Source of the DNA: a virus
Taxonomy: Duplodnaviria; Caudoviricetes
Length of the DNA: 64,000 nucleotides
IMG/VR virus record: IMGVR_UViG_3300005200_000008
Span: 1 to 64,000 of that record
Strand: one strand, 5' to 3'
Part shown: one piece after another, positions 62,174 to 64,000 of the stretch
Position numbering within the stretch: position 1 is the first letter of the stretch
Layout: each line of letters starts with the position of its first letter
The notes under the pieces: model-generated
What the model saw: the letters and a program-made list of their open reading frames with translations, nothing else
What the model was told of the DNA's origin: nothing
Databases searched by the model: none
Program-made: the position numbers and the translations under genes

Positions 62174-63205
62174 ATGAAAGCGTATAAAGATGTTTATGAA
62201 TTTTCAAATTTATATTCTGCATACCTGCAATCGAGAAAACATAAAAGGTATCACGAAGAAATCCTTGAATTTACATATAATCTTGAACCGAATCTGCTTC
62301 AAATCCAAAGAGAATTAAAAGAGAAAACTTATCGGGTAGGCAGATACCGGCCTTTTACCGTATATGAGCCGAAGCAAAGATTGGTTGTCGCGTTGCCGTT
62401 CCGTGATCGTATTGTGCAGCACGCGGTATGTAATATAATCGGCGACGAACTTGATAGGCGTATGATTTACGATTCTTACGCTTGTCGTACCGGAAAAGGT
62501 ATGCACGGCGCGGCTAAGCGCGTATCTACTTTTATATCAAATCATAATAACAATTATTTTTTGAAACTGGATATTAAATCTTATTTTGCTTCGGTTAATC
62601 AGGATATACTTATTAACATTTTGGAAAGGTATATTTCAGATCCCGATATAATGAATTTGCTTAAAATAATTATTCATAGCCGGTATGAAATCGGCATTCC
62701 TATAGGTAATCTTTGTAGCCAGTTTTTCGCAAACCTTTATTTGAATGATATGGATTATTACGCAAAACAAACTTTGAAATTGCAGTATTACGTCAGGTAT
62801 ATGGATGATATGGTCATCATTCATCCCGATAAAAAGTACCTGCGCCAAGTGTGGCTCGATATGGAGAAATTTGCCAACGAACGCCTTGCTTTGCAACTTA
62901 ATTCAAAATCGCATATCGGCAGGATTGCAGACGGTATCGAATTTGTGGGTTATCGCATTTTTCGCGGTTACCGCCTGGTTAAAAAGCAGTCGCTTATGCG
63001 TATGAAGAAAAAATATATGGCTTGGGTGCATGGCAAAAAAAGCGATGCGAAGTATTTCGCCTCGGTGGGTTCTTGGATGGGTCACTGTCTGGATACCGAT
63101 AGCCACAGGTTTGTCGAGAAAATCATGCTGGACAGCCTATATTATAGTATGGAGAAAACAAAAAATCTTCAACAAAAACTCAAAGAACATAAGCTCATAA
63201 GATGA
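62174..63205 (+). CDS. DGR reverse transcriptase
   Basis: 343 aa; YEPKQR..ALPFRDRIVQHA, SYACRTGKG.H, LKLDIKSYF, GIPIGNLCSQ, YVRYMDD, FVGY. Confidence 0.97.
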   Translation: MKAYKDVYEFSNLYSAYLQSRKHKRYHEEILEFTYNLEPNLLQIQRELKEKTYRVGRYRPFTVYEPKQRLVVALPFRDRIVQHAVCNIIGDELDRRMIYDSYACRTGKGMHGAAKRVSTFISNHNNNYFLKLDIKSYFASVNQDILINILERYISDPDIMNLLKIIIHSRYEIGIPIGNLCSQFFANLYLNDMDYYAKQTLKLQYYVRYMDDMVIIHPDKKYLRQVWLDMEKFANERLALQLNSKSHIGRIADGIEFVGYRIFRGYRLVKKQSLMRMKKKYMAWVHGKKSDAKYFASVGSWMGHCLDTDSHRFVEKIMLDSLYYSMEKTKNLQQKLKEHKLIR

Positions 63206-63217
63206 ACAACCGGAAGT
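63191..63217 (+). promoter_or_regulatory. Bipartite phage promoter AAGCT-N15-CGGAAGT
   Basis: Exact spacing; upstream of CDS 63293. Confidence 0.65.
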
Positions 63218-63292
63218 CTTTATATATCGGTAGTTCGGCCGCCATTCCGCAGGCGGTCGGAAATGCCAAGATAAAATTTATGGAGGTGTCAA

Positions 63293-64000
63293 ATGACACA
63301 ATCGGAAAAGTTCCAAAAAGCGGTTACGAAAAGCCGCGAAGAACAAGCAGCGAGAGATTCTAAGGGTAGCGGAGGCGGTTTTACCAAAATAATTTATGCC
63401 CCGCTTATCACCAATGCGAACCGGGCGTTCCGGTTTACGGGCCTTCCCCATAGCGTAAGGGAAAAACCGACCGATTCAAAGCGCGTTCACATAGCGCAGA
63501 TTATCGGCGACGATGGGAAGAAATTCTTCGTCAACGGCCCCGATCCTGAAACGAACAAAAGCTGGATTTTGTACAGGATCATCAACAAGGTTCTGTCCTA
63601 CACATGGGACGATCAGACGCCGAACCCGAAAACGGGCAAAAAGGGTATGAGGGTTTACAACTACATCACTACCCATCCCGCGATTTTTAACATGGTCAAC
63701 AAAAACGGAAATCCAGGAAACGACTTTGAAAAAGGCTGGAATTTTTCGCCCACGATTTTGACCAATGTAATCGACCGCGCTGACATGGCCTACCACCGGG
63801 AAAACAAAAAACTCAAGGTGTTGTCGAAGAAAGTATCGACCACCGCAAAAGGCGACTCGTGGTATGATCGCGGCTATCCCGAAATGCTGTACAACCTTAT
63901 CATGGACGATATTGTTGCAAACTTTGGTGATTGGGAAGATTACGATCTTGTTATTTTCAAGAAAGAAAAACTTCCGTTCTACAAAGTTTTCCACGGCGTT
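63293..64000 (+). CDS. Partial CDS, possibly a T4 gp32-type ssDNA-binding protein
   Basis: Manually translated open frame MTQSEKFQKAVTKSREEQAARDSKGSGGGF...; GGAGG RBS; family guess weak. Confidence 0.55.
   Translation, partial: MTQSEKFQKAVTKSREEQAARDSKGSGGGFTKIIYAPLITNANRAFRFTGLPHSVREKPTDSKRVHIAQIIGDDGKKFFVNGPDPETNKSWILYRIINKVLSYTWDDQTPNPKTGKKGMRVYNYITTHPAIFNMVNKNGNPGNDFEKGWNFSPTILTNVIDRADMAYHRENKKLKVLSKKVSTTAKGDSWYDRGYPEMLYNLIMDDIVANFGDWEDYDLVIFKKEKLPFYKVFHGV

Larger units (their letters stand above)
60173..63205 (+). mobile_element. Diversity-generating retroelement (target-VR-hairpin-avd-TR-RT)
   Basis: All components present; adenine-specific TR/VR differences. Confidence 0.97.

Noticed and set aside
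62174-63205. RT as group II intron, retron or Abi RT
   Set aside because: Short (343 aa), no maturase/endonuclease domain, flanked by avd and an adenine-mutated TR/VR pair.
1-64000. CRISPR array
   Set aside because: No regularly spaced identical repeats with unique spacers were seen; the recurring motifs are 7-8 nt promoter-like elements upstream of genes.
1-64000. Stop-codon reassignment
   Set aside because: Long genes end at TAA, TAG (MCP, sigma, DGR target) and TGA (recA) with high coding density; no suppressor tRNA seen.
1-64000. Integrase, att site, terminase or DNA polymerase
   Set aside because: No recognisable motifs in this window, so the temperate lifestyle remains an inference from the switch region.

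Overview
64-kb segment of a large tailed dsDNA phage (standard code 11), not host chromosome. It carries T4-superfamily head genes (gp20-like portal, gp21-like protease fused to a scaffold, gp23-like major capsid) and a bacterial-style replication/recombination set (RecA, primase, beta-clamp, DnaX-like loader, SbcC/SbcD-like, SNF2 helicase, 5'-3' exonuclease, SSB, resolvase). It also has nucleotide metabolism genes (ThyX, a divergent ThyA-fold protein, purine permease plus PRTase, MazG-like, Nudix), four DNA methyltransferases, translation-rescue genes (GGQ release-factor homolog, Pth2, RtcB, tRNA-Gln), a lysis cassette and tail genes. A complete diversity-generating retroelement (target-VR, hairpin, avd, TR, RT) is present, with 14/14 TR-VR mismatches at TR adenines. 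A Spirochaetota (Treponema-like) host is inferred from the SSB, BspA-type LRR and a FliM-like motif. Reading intergenic DNA by eye suggests a regulatory cascade. A lambda-like three-operator switch (ATACAAC-N4-GTTGTAT) lies between a leaderless XRE repressor and a phage sigma factor. A middle-type promoter (RAGCT-N15-CGGAAGT) precedes replication genes. A late-type promoter (GCCTATTW) precedes virion, lysis and avd-TR-RT genes. Other oddities: avd appears to start at ACG; a FliM-N (CheY-binding) motif protein; a 32-aa histone-H1-like peptide near a 69%-acidic peptide; a self-contained 85-nt sRNA candidate; a tRNA-like RNA with an expanded anticodon arm; two homopolymer frameshifts; and a 455-nt dual-coding spanin-like overlap. 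All family assignments are from motif recognition, with no database search.
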